Source of the DNA: Hormiphora californensis
Lineage: Eukaryota; Animalia; Ctenophora
Direction: 5' to 3'
DNA: 64,000 nucleotides
NCBI GenBank assembly: GCA_020137815.1
Contig: CM035360.1
Coordinates: forward strand, 6,262,001 to 6,326,000
Below are positions 29,917 to 40,502 of the stretch, in pieces. How positions within the stretch are numbered: the first letter of the stretch is position 1; every line of letters starts with the position of its first letter. Under the pieces are notes generated by a model. The model was given only the letters and a program-made list of their open reading frames with translations, was not told where the DNA came from and searched no databases. A program made the translations under genes and the position numbers.

Positions 29917-31155
29917 ATGAAAGTTATTGCAGTTCTCTGTCTATTTGGAGCAGTCTTCGCTGCCGAGGATGCTCTCAGGATAATCCTGAAGAGCAACAAG
30001 GAAACCCTCCAGCTCTACACTGCCTTCAAGTCCTCCGAGGGACTCAACTATGCCAGCTCTGAGGATAGGATGAGATTCAGGCTGTTCCGAAAGAGCGCTG
30101 AGGAGGTTGTCAACTACAACGAGAACAGTGACACCGCCGTCTTTGGACTCAACTTCTTCTCTTCCATGACTGAGGCTGAGAAGCAGCAGTACCTTGGACT
30201 CAACATCACCAACAAGGCCCCCAACGCCCCTGCCCTAAAGAACAGTGGATTCGCCGCCCCAGAGAAGGTCCTTTGGACCAACTTTGGTGGAGTTACCGAG
30301 GTCAAGAATCAGGGATCTTGTGGATCTTGTTGGACCTTCGGAGCCGTCGGAGGTCTGGAGACCCGATACCAGATTGCCTCTGGAGTTCTGAGAAACTTCG
30401 CCGAGCAGGAGTACCTCGACTGTGTCTACGAAAACCGAGACGGATGTGACGGTGGATGGCCTAGTAACTGTTACGACTACTCCAAGAAGAACGGTGGCCG
30501 ACTGGCTTCCACTGCCAACTATGGCTACCAGGCTACTGATGGCTCCTGCAAGGGAAGCAGCAAGGCTGACTCCATGGTCTCTGCCAAGATAACCGGCCAC
30601 AGGGATGTCCCTTATGGCGAGTCCTCCAACATCCAGGCTCTTGTTGATGGCGCTCTTGCTGTTGCCGTCGAGGTTACCAACTACTTCCAGCAGTACCGAA
30701 GAGGAATCATGAAGGACACATTCTGCACTGGACGAGTTAACCACGCTGTCACCACCGTCGGATACACCTCCAAGTTTGTTCTAGTAAAGAACTCCTGGGG
30801 ATCCAGCTGGGGAGATAACGGTTTCATCAAGTTCACTCGAGGATACAGCAACTGTGGTCTCTTCGAATACTCCAGCTACCCTATCCTCTCCAAAACTGGA
30901 AAGAGTGACAGCAACCCCGATGCTGCCACCCCCTACCGACCTTCTGAGAACGATGATGGTCCTGCTCCCAATCCCAACTGTAAGGACAGGGCTAGCAATT
31001 GTGTTATGGAGTTCTGTCAGTGGCCCGAAATTTCTGTGCCGTGGTGTCAAAAGACCTGTGGACTCTGTGACGATGATGATGATGATGGCGGTGACTGTCC
31101 CTCTGGAACTGTGAGGTGCTCTGATGGAGTCTGCCGACACGAGCACATGTGTTAG
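29917..31155 (+). CDS. Secreted C1A cysteine protease, paralog B: + ShKT + 4-Cys module, intronless
   Basis: ATG at 29917 ([15 protein letters not shown] signal); catalytic C/H/N motifs intact; CQKTCGLC; ends [19 protein letters not shown]. Confidence 0.95.
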   Translation: MKVIAVLCLFGAVFAAEDALRIILKSNKETLQLYTAFKSSEGLNYASSEDRMRFRLFRKSAEEVVNYNENSDTAVFGLNFFSSMTEAEKQQYLGLNITNKAPNAPALKNSGFAAPEKVLWTNFGGVTEVKNQGSCGSCWTFGAVGGLETRYQIASGVLRNFAEQEYLDCVYENRDGCDGGWPSNCYDYSKKNGGRLASTANYGYQATDGSCKGSSKADSMVSAKITGHRDVPYGESSNIQALVDGALAVAVEVTNYFQQYRRGIMKDTFCTGRVNHAVTTVGYTSKFVLVKNSWGSSWGDNGFIKFTRGYSNCGLFEYSSYPILSKTGKSDSNPDAATPYRPSENDDGPAPNPNCKDRASNCVMEFCQWPEISVPWCQKTCGLCDDDDDDGGDCPSGTVRCSDGVCRHEHMC

Positions 31156-31497
31156 ATATTATTGATACTGTACTTGTTAACAACACATGATAATAATTTG
31201 AGTTTTTATTTGTTTTCCCGGTAAACACACGTGGAATAAGGTCCTAGTTACCATTGGTTACATGGTTACATACTATGTAACCATGTAAACAATACATAGT
31301 TACAGTTTTGAAACTGATGCCAGGTTCCAGGTTTCCCATCCAGCTGTTATGTCAAAACAGACCTATCACAGTATGAATATTTCACAAGGACGTCCCTCCC
31401 ACCCATTTAGTCTCCCCACTGTCTATCATCGTGCAGAAACCATAGGGTCTACGTAAGACGGATATATCGTAACTGCATGCTCTTCTTGTAGTACCAC

Positions 31498-31849
31498 TGT
31501 TGTACTATGTGTAACCCTTTGGGTGGATGTCACATGAGCCGGCCTCTCAGACCGATCACGTGACTCTCCCCAATCAGGGCGATGCCTAGCTGAGGTGCTA
31601 TTCGAGATGGTTTACCATGGATTCAATTATCTCCAGGAAACCACCTCGAGTTAGTAACCCAAAGCCGGCTTACTGCAGGTCACGTGTCCATTAGGGACCA
31701 CGTGGTTGGAGAGTATAAAGGGTACAGAGTTTTTGTGTTCGGCACTCTTCTGGAGATATCGATTTATTCAGTTCGTTGCTAATTCATTAAGACCAGAAAA
31801 CCAACGTGTTTATCTTTGTCTAACCCGGTTACAGGATTACTATACCACA
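31498..31849 (+). mobile_element. Possible solo LTR
   Basis: TGTTGTA...TACCACA termini and an internal TATAAAGG at ~31714. No matching TSD or PBS seen. Confidence 0.3.
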
Positions 31850-33180
31850 AGAAACCGTGAGGGTGACCCGGCAATCGGCATACCCCGGGGTAAACCAGTC
31901 GGCTCCAGTGACACACTACCAAATCACCACAATCACTCACGGCCCCCACTAGCGGTGCTGGTATTACTAAGTGATTGATTTGATTTGATTTGATTTGGCC
32001 TTCGTGCGCAGTAGGGTCCCCAACAAGGGTTCACGCTCACGGCAACCAGTTTCCAGCCTTAACAAATTAAATCAAATCAAATCAACCGGGGGTGGGATCA
32101 AAACACCCATATATTCAACAAAAAGGTGCACAAAAAACGAGAAGGGGGGGTTGAAAACTTCAAAAGATCGGGCTTTAAGAGCAGCTATTTACATTTTCAC
32201 CGGACCCCTCGTACACCCACCCACCGTAGCATGGGTGTCACATAGTTAAATCTTGATTCTCCATCCCCCCTCCCCCGAATCAACATCATTTTAATATTGA
32301 TGGACAGAGCTTTGACTTCAAACTTTGCCATGATCATGCTATTGACCCACTTTTCAAGAAGAAAAAACCTATGTTCCGGAGATAATTTTTCAAACATGAC
32401 AAAATTATAATTTCAGACAATTTGGTGGGAATTACCAGAATTTGGTGCCGTTTCATTGGGTAGTTGAGGACTGAGGAGGTATACACTTAATCAAAGCGAT
32501 TCTCTTACCTCTACCAATGTGAATGAGACTAACAGTGCTGCTTGCAGTCAAAATACGGTAACGCAAAATACAGTAAGGAGACGCGCACGGTGCATAACGC
32601 GCGGCAAAAAGTTCATTTGTCAGCACGTACTAGCGCCCTGATTGGTCACGGTTGCGCGTCGTCTTACTGTATCTTCGTTTTCCATTACCGTTTTCCCACT
32701 ACAAGCGACCGTGTTATCGCGATTAACTATTCATACGGTTACCCCCTTTCTCTCTTCGGCAGCTTCTCTTTGGCTGTTGGAAAGTGATGCCAATCGGTGT
32801 TGGGGTTGGTGAATTTTCAGCTCACGTTCTCTTACCTTTAGCTCAGGTCGCTTCACAACCTTTGTGCACATTGTACTGGCAAAGAAGGGATAGCTTCGTA
32901 ACCTCTAACGAGCAGCCTTCTTAGTCAGGGTTTGCTCACACTGACTACGACGTCATTTTAAAATCATTTCGTCACTCAGCTATATTAGCTAGTTCAATTA
33001 GTTCATTTTACAGCCCAGATATTTGGCCATAATAGCACTTAAATTTAATAGACACTTGCTAACAAAATCCAGGAAAGGAACAATAGCACAATTTACTTAG
33101 TAACATCTGGCGGCTATGAAGGGCGGTCGACCTAGTATAAAAAGTGAGCGAGAATATTTTCCAACACCAAATCATTCAAC

Positions 33181-34665
33181 ATGAAAATTATTGCAGTTCT
33201 CTGTCTGTTTGGAGCAGTCTTCGCTGCCGAGGATGCTCTCAGGATAATCTTAAAGAGCAGCAAGCAAACCCTTCAGCTCTACTCCGCCTTCAAGTCCTCC
33301 GAGGGACTCAACTATGCCAGCTCTGAGGATAGGATGAGGTTCAGGCTGTTCCGAAAGAGCGCTGAGGAGGTTGTCAACTATAACGAGAACAGTGACACCG
33401 CCGTCTTTGGACTCAACTTCTTCTCTTCCATGACTGAGGCTGAGAAGAAGCAGTACCTTGGACTTAACATCACCAACAAGGCCCCCAACGCCCCTGCTCT
33501 GAAGCACAGTGGATTCACCGCCCCCGAGAAGGTCCTTTGGACCAACCTTGGTGGAGTTACCGAGGTCAAGAACCAGGGAAACTGTGGATCTTGTTGGACC
33601 TTCGGAGCCGTTGGAGGTCTAGAGACCCGATACCAGATTGCCTCTGGAGTTCTGAGGAACTTCGCCGAGCAAGAGTATCTGGACTGTGTCTACAATGATC
33701 GATGGGGATGCGACGGTGGATGGCCTAGTGACTGTTATAAATACTCCAAAAAGAACGGAGGTCGACTGGCTTCCACTGCCAACTATGTCTACCGCGGTCA
33801 TGATGGCCCCTGTAAGGGAAGCAGCAAGGCCGACTCCATGGTCTCTGCCAAGATCACCGGCTACAGGGATGTCCCCAGTGGCGAGTCCTCCAACATCCAG
33901 GCTCTTGTTGGTGGTGCTCTTAACGTTGCATTCCAGGCTACCAGCTATTTACAGCAGTACCAAAGAGGAATCATCAGGGACACCACTTGCCAGGGACCTC
34001 CCAACCACGCTGTCACCGCCGTCGGATACACCTCCAAGTTTGTTCTAGTAAAGAACTCCTGGGGATCCAGCTGGGGAGATAACGGTTTCGTCAAGTTCAC
34101 TCGAGGATACAGCAACTGTGGTCTCTTTGAATACTCCAGCTACCCTACCCTCTCCAAAACTGGAAAGAGCGACAGCAACCCCGATGCTGCCACCCCCTAC
34201 CGACCTACTGAGAACGATGGTCCTTCTCCCGATCCCAATCCTGATTGTCAGGACAAGGCTACCAACTGTAAGGATTTCTGTAGCTGGCCCACAATTGCCG
34301 AGGAGTATTGCCGAAAGACCTGTGGACTTTGTGACGATGATGGAGATGACTGTCCCTCTGGAACCGTGAGGTGTTCAGATGGAATCTGCCGACACGAGCA
34401 CATGTGCCCCACTCCTGATCCCACTCCTAGCCCCACTCCCGTTCCTACTCCTGATCCCACGCCTGCTCCCACTCCTGCCCCCACTCCTGCTCCCACTCCT
34501 GCTCCCACTCCTGCTCCCACTCCTGCTCCCACTCCTGCTCCCACTCCTGGTCCTGACTGTGAAGACGAGGCTTTCAACTGTATTCCAGATTTCTGTAGAT
34601 GGGCCGACGTTGCTGAGCTGTATTGCCGAAAAACCTGTGGACTCTGTGACGATTATATGAGTTAA
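33181..34665 (+). CDS. Secreted C1A cysteine protease, paralog C: + ShKT + 4-Cys + (PTPA)n + ShKT, intronless
   Basis: 494-aa ORF; [17 protein letters not shown]; two CRKTCGLC motifs. Confidence 0.95.
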   Translation: MKIIAVLCLFGAVFAAEDALRIILKSSKQTLQLYSAFKSSEGLNYASSEDRMRFRLFRKSAEEVVNYNENSDTAVFGLNFFSSMTEAEKKQYLGLNITNKAPNAPALKHSGFTAPEKVLWTNLGGVTEVKNQGNCGSCWTFGAVGGLETRYQIASGVLRNFAEQEYLDCVYNDRWGCDGGWPSDCYKYSKKNGGRLASTANYVYRGHDGPCKGSSKADSMVSAKITGYRDVPSGESSNIQALVGGALNVAFQATSYLQQYQRGIIRDTTCQGPPNHAVTAVGYTSKFVLVKNSWGSSWGDNGFVKFTRGYSNCGLFEYSSYPTLSKTGKSDSNPDAATPYRPTENDGPSPDPNPDCQDKATNCKDFCSWPTIAEEYCRKTCGLCDDDGDDCPSGTVRCSDGICRHEHMCPTPDPTPSPTPVPTPDPTPAPTPAPTPAPTPAPTPAPTPAPTPAPTPGPDCEDEAFNCIPDFCRWADVAELYCRKTCGLCDDYMS

Positions 34666-35126
34666 CAACACATGATAACGATTTGAGTTTTATTTTTTGT
34701 CATGGAAAACCAGACTTGGGGAGTCATAATGAACCCTTTATTATAATTCAGTGTTGACAAATGTTTTTAACTGACATTCAAAACAGTAGGACCCCGATTT
34801 ACTGAGTCTCGATTTATCGGGAGGATAAACTTCCCCCGATATAGGAAATCGACAGTATTTGATCCCGATTATATATACCGGGTACCCCGATTTAACAGGT
34901 AAAACCCTTTCCGCCGAGCATCCCGGTAAATCGGGGTCCGACTGTACACACGAAGGTCGTGAGCCGGCCTGAACTAGGCGTAACTCACTCTAAAAAGTAA
35001 CACCTCCTCAACCACTCAATGAAAATGCACCAAATTCTGGGGTTTCCCACCAAATTGTCTGAAAATTATAATTCTGTTCTCATATTTGAAAAATTATCAC
35101 CGGAACCTTGGTTTTGAGATCAGTTT

Positions 35127-35369
35127 TTGGGTACGGTGTCCCCTCTCTCCCGAATTAAACGTAGCGTGCGAGACAACATGAGACAGAGACAGCATAGGAC
35201 GATAGAAGAAAGAGGGGATAAAGTCCAATTTTTAAGAAAGCGAACTGGGGGCACGCGAATTCAATTTTTGAATTGAAATTGGTAGTGTGCAACGTGTGAT
35301 GTGCGTGAAATGCTCTGATTTGCGTGCAAACGGTTCGCTTAATTAAAAATCGCACTTTATCATACCCAA
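35127..35369. mobile_element. Mutator-like non-autonomous element with 9-bp TSD
   Basis: GATCAGTTT|TTGGGTA...TACCCAA|GATCAGTTT. It is inserted into an older repeat (34990-35420) whose inverted homolog lies at ~32340-32490. Confidence 0.7.
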
Positions 35370-36380
35370 GATCAGTTTTAGGTGTTTATGAAGAAGTTCT
35401 TTTCTTGAAAAGTAGGTCAGGTATTTTCAATATCATATTATTATCTTCAAAGATCTGGCCATGAAAATTATTTAAGAGGTCTTGAACTTTGAAGTCGGAA
35501 GTTTCGTAAAAACATGTTATAGCACAGCTTCTACTGTGCTAGATTGAACCTGGTTTGAAACAATGAACTGCAAATTCATCCCTTCGGAAAAGGATGAACT
35601 TTGAACACGCCAGCTCTGCAATATGGCATATTATTGTGTTTGTATCAGAGGTAAAGGGAAGGTATAGCCTCACTGTGCCGCTCAGGCTGCATATTACGGA
35701 TCCCTGATAGAACTGCTAGGGAGTAGAGCCAGAATCCAGATAATTCAATCTGTGCATTGACAGATTGTGTGCTTTCTTCACATGCATGAGACATCACGTG
35801 CGACGTGATCAGTAGAAAACACCGCCTATTCTCTGAAAAAAACACAATTCATTATGTGCAGATGGAATTATCTGACTCAATTCCCTGTGGTCCGGCTCTT
35901 TCACCGAAATGAGGAAGAAAAGTGAAGACACCTTTGACCCAGTGACCCTTTTTGCTTCAAAAAAAAGTCAAAATTAATCTACCATTGAAACTGTACGTCA
36001 GTTGAGAGAGTGTATCAACATTATAACTTGCATCGTTTTTGTTTACGCTCCAGTTACAATATAAGAAACTGAATCCAGGTTCCAGATGGGAGATTCTTGA
36101 TGAACCACGATGCGAGTGATCTGCGATCACATGACACAAGTTTCCATGTGAAACGTTTAGAGATTAGAGCTGCGTGTAATGTGTGTGTGGCTTGGTAACG
36201 AAATTACCCCTACCTTGCTGGCACGCTAAAAGCTGCTTTACTACCGCGATGTCATAGTTATGAGGGGAAATTTCATTACCAAGTGTGTTGCTCCAATCTC
36301 TAACTGGGCTTACCGAGACCAAACAAATAAAAACTCAAATCAGTATCATGTGTTGTTAACAAGTACAGTATCAATAATAT

Positions 36381-37622
36381 CTAACACATGTGCTCGTGTC
36401 GGCAGACTCCATCAGAGCACCTCACGGTTCCAGAGGGACAGTCACCGCCATCATCATCATCGTCACAGAGTCCACAGGTCTTTTGACAATACTTGTTAGC
36501 AATGTCGGCCCACCTACAGAAATCCTGAGTACAGTTGATAGCCTTGTCCTCACAGTCGGGATCGGGAACGGGAGCGGGACCGTCATCGTTCTCAGAAGGT
36601 CGGTATTTGGTGGCAGCGTCGGGGTTGCTGTCAGCCTTTCCAGTTTTGGAGAGGGTAGGGTAGCTGGAGTATCCAAAGAGACCACAGTTGCTGTATCCTC
36701 GAGTGAATTTGACGAAACCGTTATCTCCCCAGCTGGATCCCCAGGAGTTCTTCACCAGAACAAACTTGGAGGTGTATCCGACGGCGGTGACAGCGTGGTT
36801 GGGTCGTCCACTGCAGGTACTGTCCCTGATGATTCCTCCTCGGTACTGCTGGAAGTAGTTGGTAACCTCGAAGGCAACAGCAAGAGCACCATCAACAAGA
36901 GCCTGGATGTTGTTGGACTCACCACTGGGGACATCGTTGTAGCCGGTGATCTTGGCAGAGACCATGGAGTCGTCCTTGCTGCTTCCCTTGCAGGAGCCAT
37001 CAGTAGCCTGGTAGACATAGTCGGAAGTGGAAGCCAGTCGGCCACCGTTCTTCTTGGAGTAGTCGTAACAGTCACTAGGCCATCCACCTTTGCATCCGTC
37101 TCGCCTATCGTAGACACAGTCCAGGTACTCCTGCTCGGCGAAGTTCCTCAGAACTCCAGAGGCAGCCTGGTATCGGGTCTCCAGACCTCCGACAGCTCCA
37201 AAGGTCCAGCAAGATCCACAAGATCCCTGGTTCTTGACGGGGGTGACAGCTCCAGTGTTGGTCCACAACACCTTGTGAGGGGCGGAGAGGCTAGCTGTGG
37301 GAGGGGCAGGAGCGTTGGGGAGATGATTGGTGATGTTGAGTCCAAGGTACTGCTGCTTCTCAGCCTCAGTCATGGAAGAGAAGAAGTTGAGTCCAAAGAC
37401 GGCGGTGTCACTGTTCTCGTTGTAGTTGACAACCTCCTCAGCACTCTTTCGGAACAGCCTGAACCTCATCCTATCCTCAGAGCTGGCATAGTTGAGTCCC
37501 TCGGAGGACTTGAAGGCAGTGTAGAGCTGGAGGGTTTCCTTGTTGCTCTTCAGGATTCCCCTGAGAGCATCCTCGGCAGCGAAGACTGCTCCAAACAGAC
37601 AGAGAACTGCAATAACTTTCAT
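36381..37622 (-). CDS. Secreted C1A cysteine protease, paralog D: + ShKT + 4-Cys module, intronless
   Basis: ATG at 37622; catalytic motifs intact; NKYCQKTCGLC; terminal CRHEHMC. Confidence 0.95.
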   Translation of the reverse strand: MKVIAVLCLFGAVFAAEDALRGILKSNKETLQLYTAFKSSEGLNYASSEDRMRFRLFRKSAEEVVNYNENSDTAVFGLNFFSSMTEAEKQQYLGLNITNHLPNAPAPPTASLSAPHKVLWTNTGAVTPVKNQGSCGSCWTFGAVGGLETRYQAASGVLRNFAEQEYLDCVYDRRDGCKGGWPSDCYDYSKKNGGRLASTSDYVYQATDGSCKGSSKDDSMVSAKITGYNDVPSGESNNIQALVDGALAVAFEVTNYFQQYRGGIIRDSTCSGRPNHAVTAVGYTSKFVLVKNSWGSSWGDNGFVKFTRGYSNCGLFGYSSYPTLSKTGKADSNPDAATKYRPSENDDGPAPVPDPDCEDKAINCTQDFCRWADIANKYCQKTCGLCDDDDDGGDCPSGTVRCSDGVCRHEHMC

Positions 37623-38504
37623 GTTGAATGATTTGGTGTTGGAGGATATTCTCACCTACTTTTTATACTAGTTCGTCTTTCATAGCTGCCAGATGTTACT
37701 ACGTAAATTGCCCTTTTGTTCATCCCTTTCGTGAATTTTGTTAGCAAGTGAAGATTAGATCTAAGTGCTAGTTTGCCCCAACGCCCTTTGTTCTTGGAGT
37801 CTCTTTTATCTCCCTCCTGTCATTTTACCATTGTGTGGGATTTTTAAGGCCCTTGTTTATGTGATAAACGGGTTATTCAAGTCTAAACTGGATCTTTTTA
37901 TGTCTATACGGGGCAGTTATGTAGAAAAATAATATTTCAAAAACAGTCTCTAAGCATAGTAGCTGCCTTCTGGGCTGAAAAATAAACTAGTTGAACTAGC
38001 TAATATAGCAGCGCGACGAAAAGATTGTCAAATGACGTCAAAGATCAACAATGTGAGCTAAAATCGAACCTCAATTCACCAGGCTGCTCGTTATAATAGT
38101 AAGAGGGTTAGAAGGGTAAAAGTACGTAATATTTGTGAAGAAAATTGGTAACCCCCAGAATCTAGATATCGAGAGAATTTTAACTGTCCGGAACATTGAA
38201 CATATATAGCGTATTTTAATCTTTGTCAAATATTTTCATCCAAGTCTATTTCGCTAGATCCAATTTGTCACACGTCTTCCACAAGTTAGTGTGGCCAATG
38301 CTTCTCAAATGAAGTGCTAACTAGAATACTAATTAAATCGCATAAACCCTCCCAGAACAATACCATCCACTATCCAGTGTGAGATCATAAAATCCCTCCC
38401 TAAATCCCTCATTTAGTCTACCACCTGTTACTAGCTGTAATTCCTGGATCCCCCACTATAAAATATGGGCATCCCAAACACCTCCCTCAACTTATTCCAC
38501 AAAC

Positions 38505-39635
38505 ATGAAGTTTTTCACTATCATCTGTGTTCTTGGAGTTGCCCTCGGTCACGAGGCGCCCCTAAAGGAGATCCTCAAGTCAACCGCAGAGACTCTCAAG
38601 CTTTACAAGAGCTTCAAAGCCGAGGAGGGACTCCGGTTCGGGACTGAGGATAGGATGAGGTTCAGGCTGTTCCGAAAGAGCGCTGAGGCGGTTGTCAACT
38701 ACAACGAGAACAGTGACAACACCGTCTTTGGACTCAACTTCTTCTCTTCCATGACTGAGGCTGAGAAGCAGCAGTACCTTGGACTCAACATCACCAATCA
38801 TCTCCCCAACGCTCCTGCCCCTCCCACAGCTAGCCTCTCCGCCCCTCACAAGGTGTTGTGGACCAACACTGGAGCTGTCACCCCCGTCAAGAACCAGGGA
38901 TCTTGTGGATCTTGCTGGACCTTTGGAGCTGTCGGAGGTCTGGAGACCCGATACCAGGCTGCCTCTGGAGTTCTGAGGAACTTCGCCGAGCAGGAGTACC
39001 TGGACTGTGTCTACGAGGGAAGTAGGAACGGATGCAATGGTGGATGGCCCGATGATGCCTACAAGTATAGTGCGAAAAATGGAGGTCGCCTCGCTGCCAC
39101 CTCAACCTACTACTACAAGGGCCGGGACGGTAATTGTCGAGCTGACAGGAACAAAGATGCCATGATCTCCGCTAAGATTGTGGGAGCTAGAGGCGCTGGT
39201 CGTGGTGAGCAGGCTAACATTGCCGCCATCGCAGAGGGTGCCCTTGCTGTCGCTTTTGAGGTTACCAACTACTTCCAGCAGTATAGCAGGGGAGTTATCA
39301 AGGACACTACCTGTGGGGGACGACCCAACCATGCAGTAACTGCTGTCGGTTACACCCCTCTCTTTGTGCTGGTCAAGAACTCATGGGGTGGAAGATGGGG
39401 AGACTACGGGTTTGTAAAGTATGCCCGAAATCACCACAACTGTGGGCTGTTTGATTACTCAAGTTACCCCCTGCTTACAATGACTGGCAGAAGCGATAGT
39501 AGCCCTGACCAGGCTAGTATGTACAGGCCCAAGGAGGATGATAAGCCCGCTCCTCCGCCCAACCCTGATGGTGAGTGTGCCAGTGGAACCGTGAGATGTC
39601 CTGATGGAGTTTGCAGACACGAACACATGTGTTAA
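38505..39635 (+). CDS. Secreted C1A cysteine protease, paralog E (most divergent): 4-Cys module only, no ShKT
   Basis: 376-aa ORF; signal MKFFTIICVLGVALG; TATAAAA at 38457; ends CASGTVRCPDGVCRHEHMC. Confidence 0.95.
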   Translation: MKFFTIICVLGVALGHEAPLKEILKSTAETLKLYKSFKAEEGLRFGTEDRMRFRLFRKSAEAVVNYNENSDNTVFGLNFFSSMTEAEKQQYLGLNITNHLPNAPAPPTASLSAPHKVLWTNTGAVTPVKNQGSCGSCWTFGAVGGLETRYQAASGVLRNFAEQEYLDCVYEGSRNGCNGGWPDDAYKYSAKNGGRLAATSTYYYKGRDGNCRADRNKDAMISAKIVGARGAGRGEQANIAAIAEGALAVAFEVTNYFQQYSRGVIKDTTCGGRPNHAVTAVGYTPLFVLVKNSWGGRWGDYGFVKYARNHHNCGLFDYSSYPLLTMTGRSDSSPDQASMYRPKEDDKPAPPPNPDGECASGTVRCPDGVCRHEHMC

Positions 39636-39720
39636 AAACTCTCATTGGTTTTTTATTAAACTAAAGTTTACTCAACAATAATAATATGTTTGTTTCCTTC
39701 TGTGTTCCAATTAGAGACAT

Positions 39721-40147
39721 CTAGTCGAAGTCGGGGATGGGAGCAGGTTCACCGGTGGGGATGGGAGCGGGGTCGGGTCCGGGGTTGTCTCCACACAGGA
39801 AGGTCTTGACCAGGTTGATGATCATGTCCATGATGCCCCTCTCCTCAATTCGCTCCTCCTGCATGTTACAGATGAATCCCTTGAGCATCTCAATCACCAT
39901 GGAGATGATGTCTCGCTCCTCAACCTGGATGGAGGGGGTAGAATCGTGTTAGTGTCAAATGTTGTATTGTTCATACAACAGCACAAGTCAAATGGTAGGT
40001 ACTATCGTAATATAGGTTAGGGGAAGTAGAAAACTAAAACTACAATTTGAGAATTGCACCTAATATTTAAGGCACATTTCATACCTGAACGGGAGAGGCA
40101 GCGGCAACGGCGAAAAGGGCCACAAGGGCAAGAACGAAGACCTTCAT
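39721..40147 (-). CDS. 88-aa secreted peptide precursor with two repeated amphipathic helices (not in ORF track)
   Basis: Exon 1 40147-40085: MKVFVLALVALFAVAAASPVQ. Phase-0 GT-AG intron 40084-39925. Exon 2 39924-39721: VEERDIISMVIEMLKGFICNMQEERIEERGIMDMIINLVKTFLCGDNPGPDPAPIPTGEPAPIPDFD*. TATTTAAA at 40218-40211, Inr-like TCATTC 30 nt downstream, AATAAA at 39657-39652, strong C-ending codon bias. Confidence 0.9.
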
Positions 40148-40502
40148 GATGATTGTAGATGTGATGTTGTTGTTGTCTCGATGAGAATGATGTTGGGTGA
40201 TTTGTGGGCGTTTAAATACTACCCAGCCGTAACGCGTTTCCGATATATTACACCTCTAAACACCAGATGTGATTGTTTTGTTGTATAGTGACACAATGGG
40301 ACAATACTTCTGGAAATCAGAAACAATTGAAAATAACACGATAACAATGTGAGGACAATGTGAGAACTGCTAACACCTCTGAAATCGATTGAGTGGTTTC
40401 ATCGAACCAGCTGCTTCCAATCTCGATTAACAAAATACAACACGAGTTTTCACAACTTGGTCATGACTTTTGATCAGGGCATTCCACACGTTCTATTATA
40501 AG

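Noticed and set aside
36390-37631. 413-aa antisense ORF (and similar antisense/off-frame ORFs over proteases A-E and the GPCRs)
   Set aside because: Shadow of strong codon bias on the coding strand; it is broken in the other paralogs and has no motifs.
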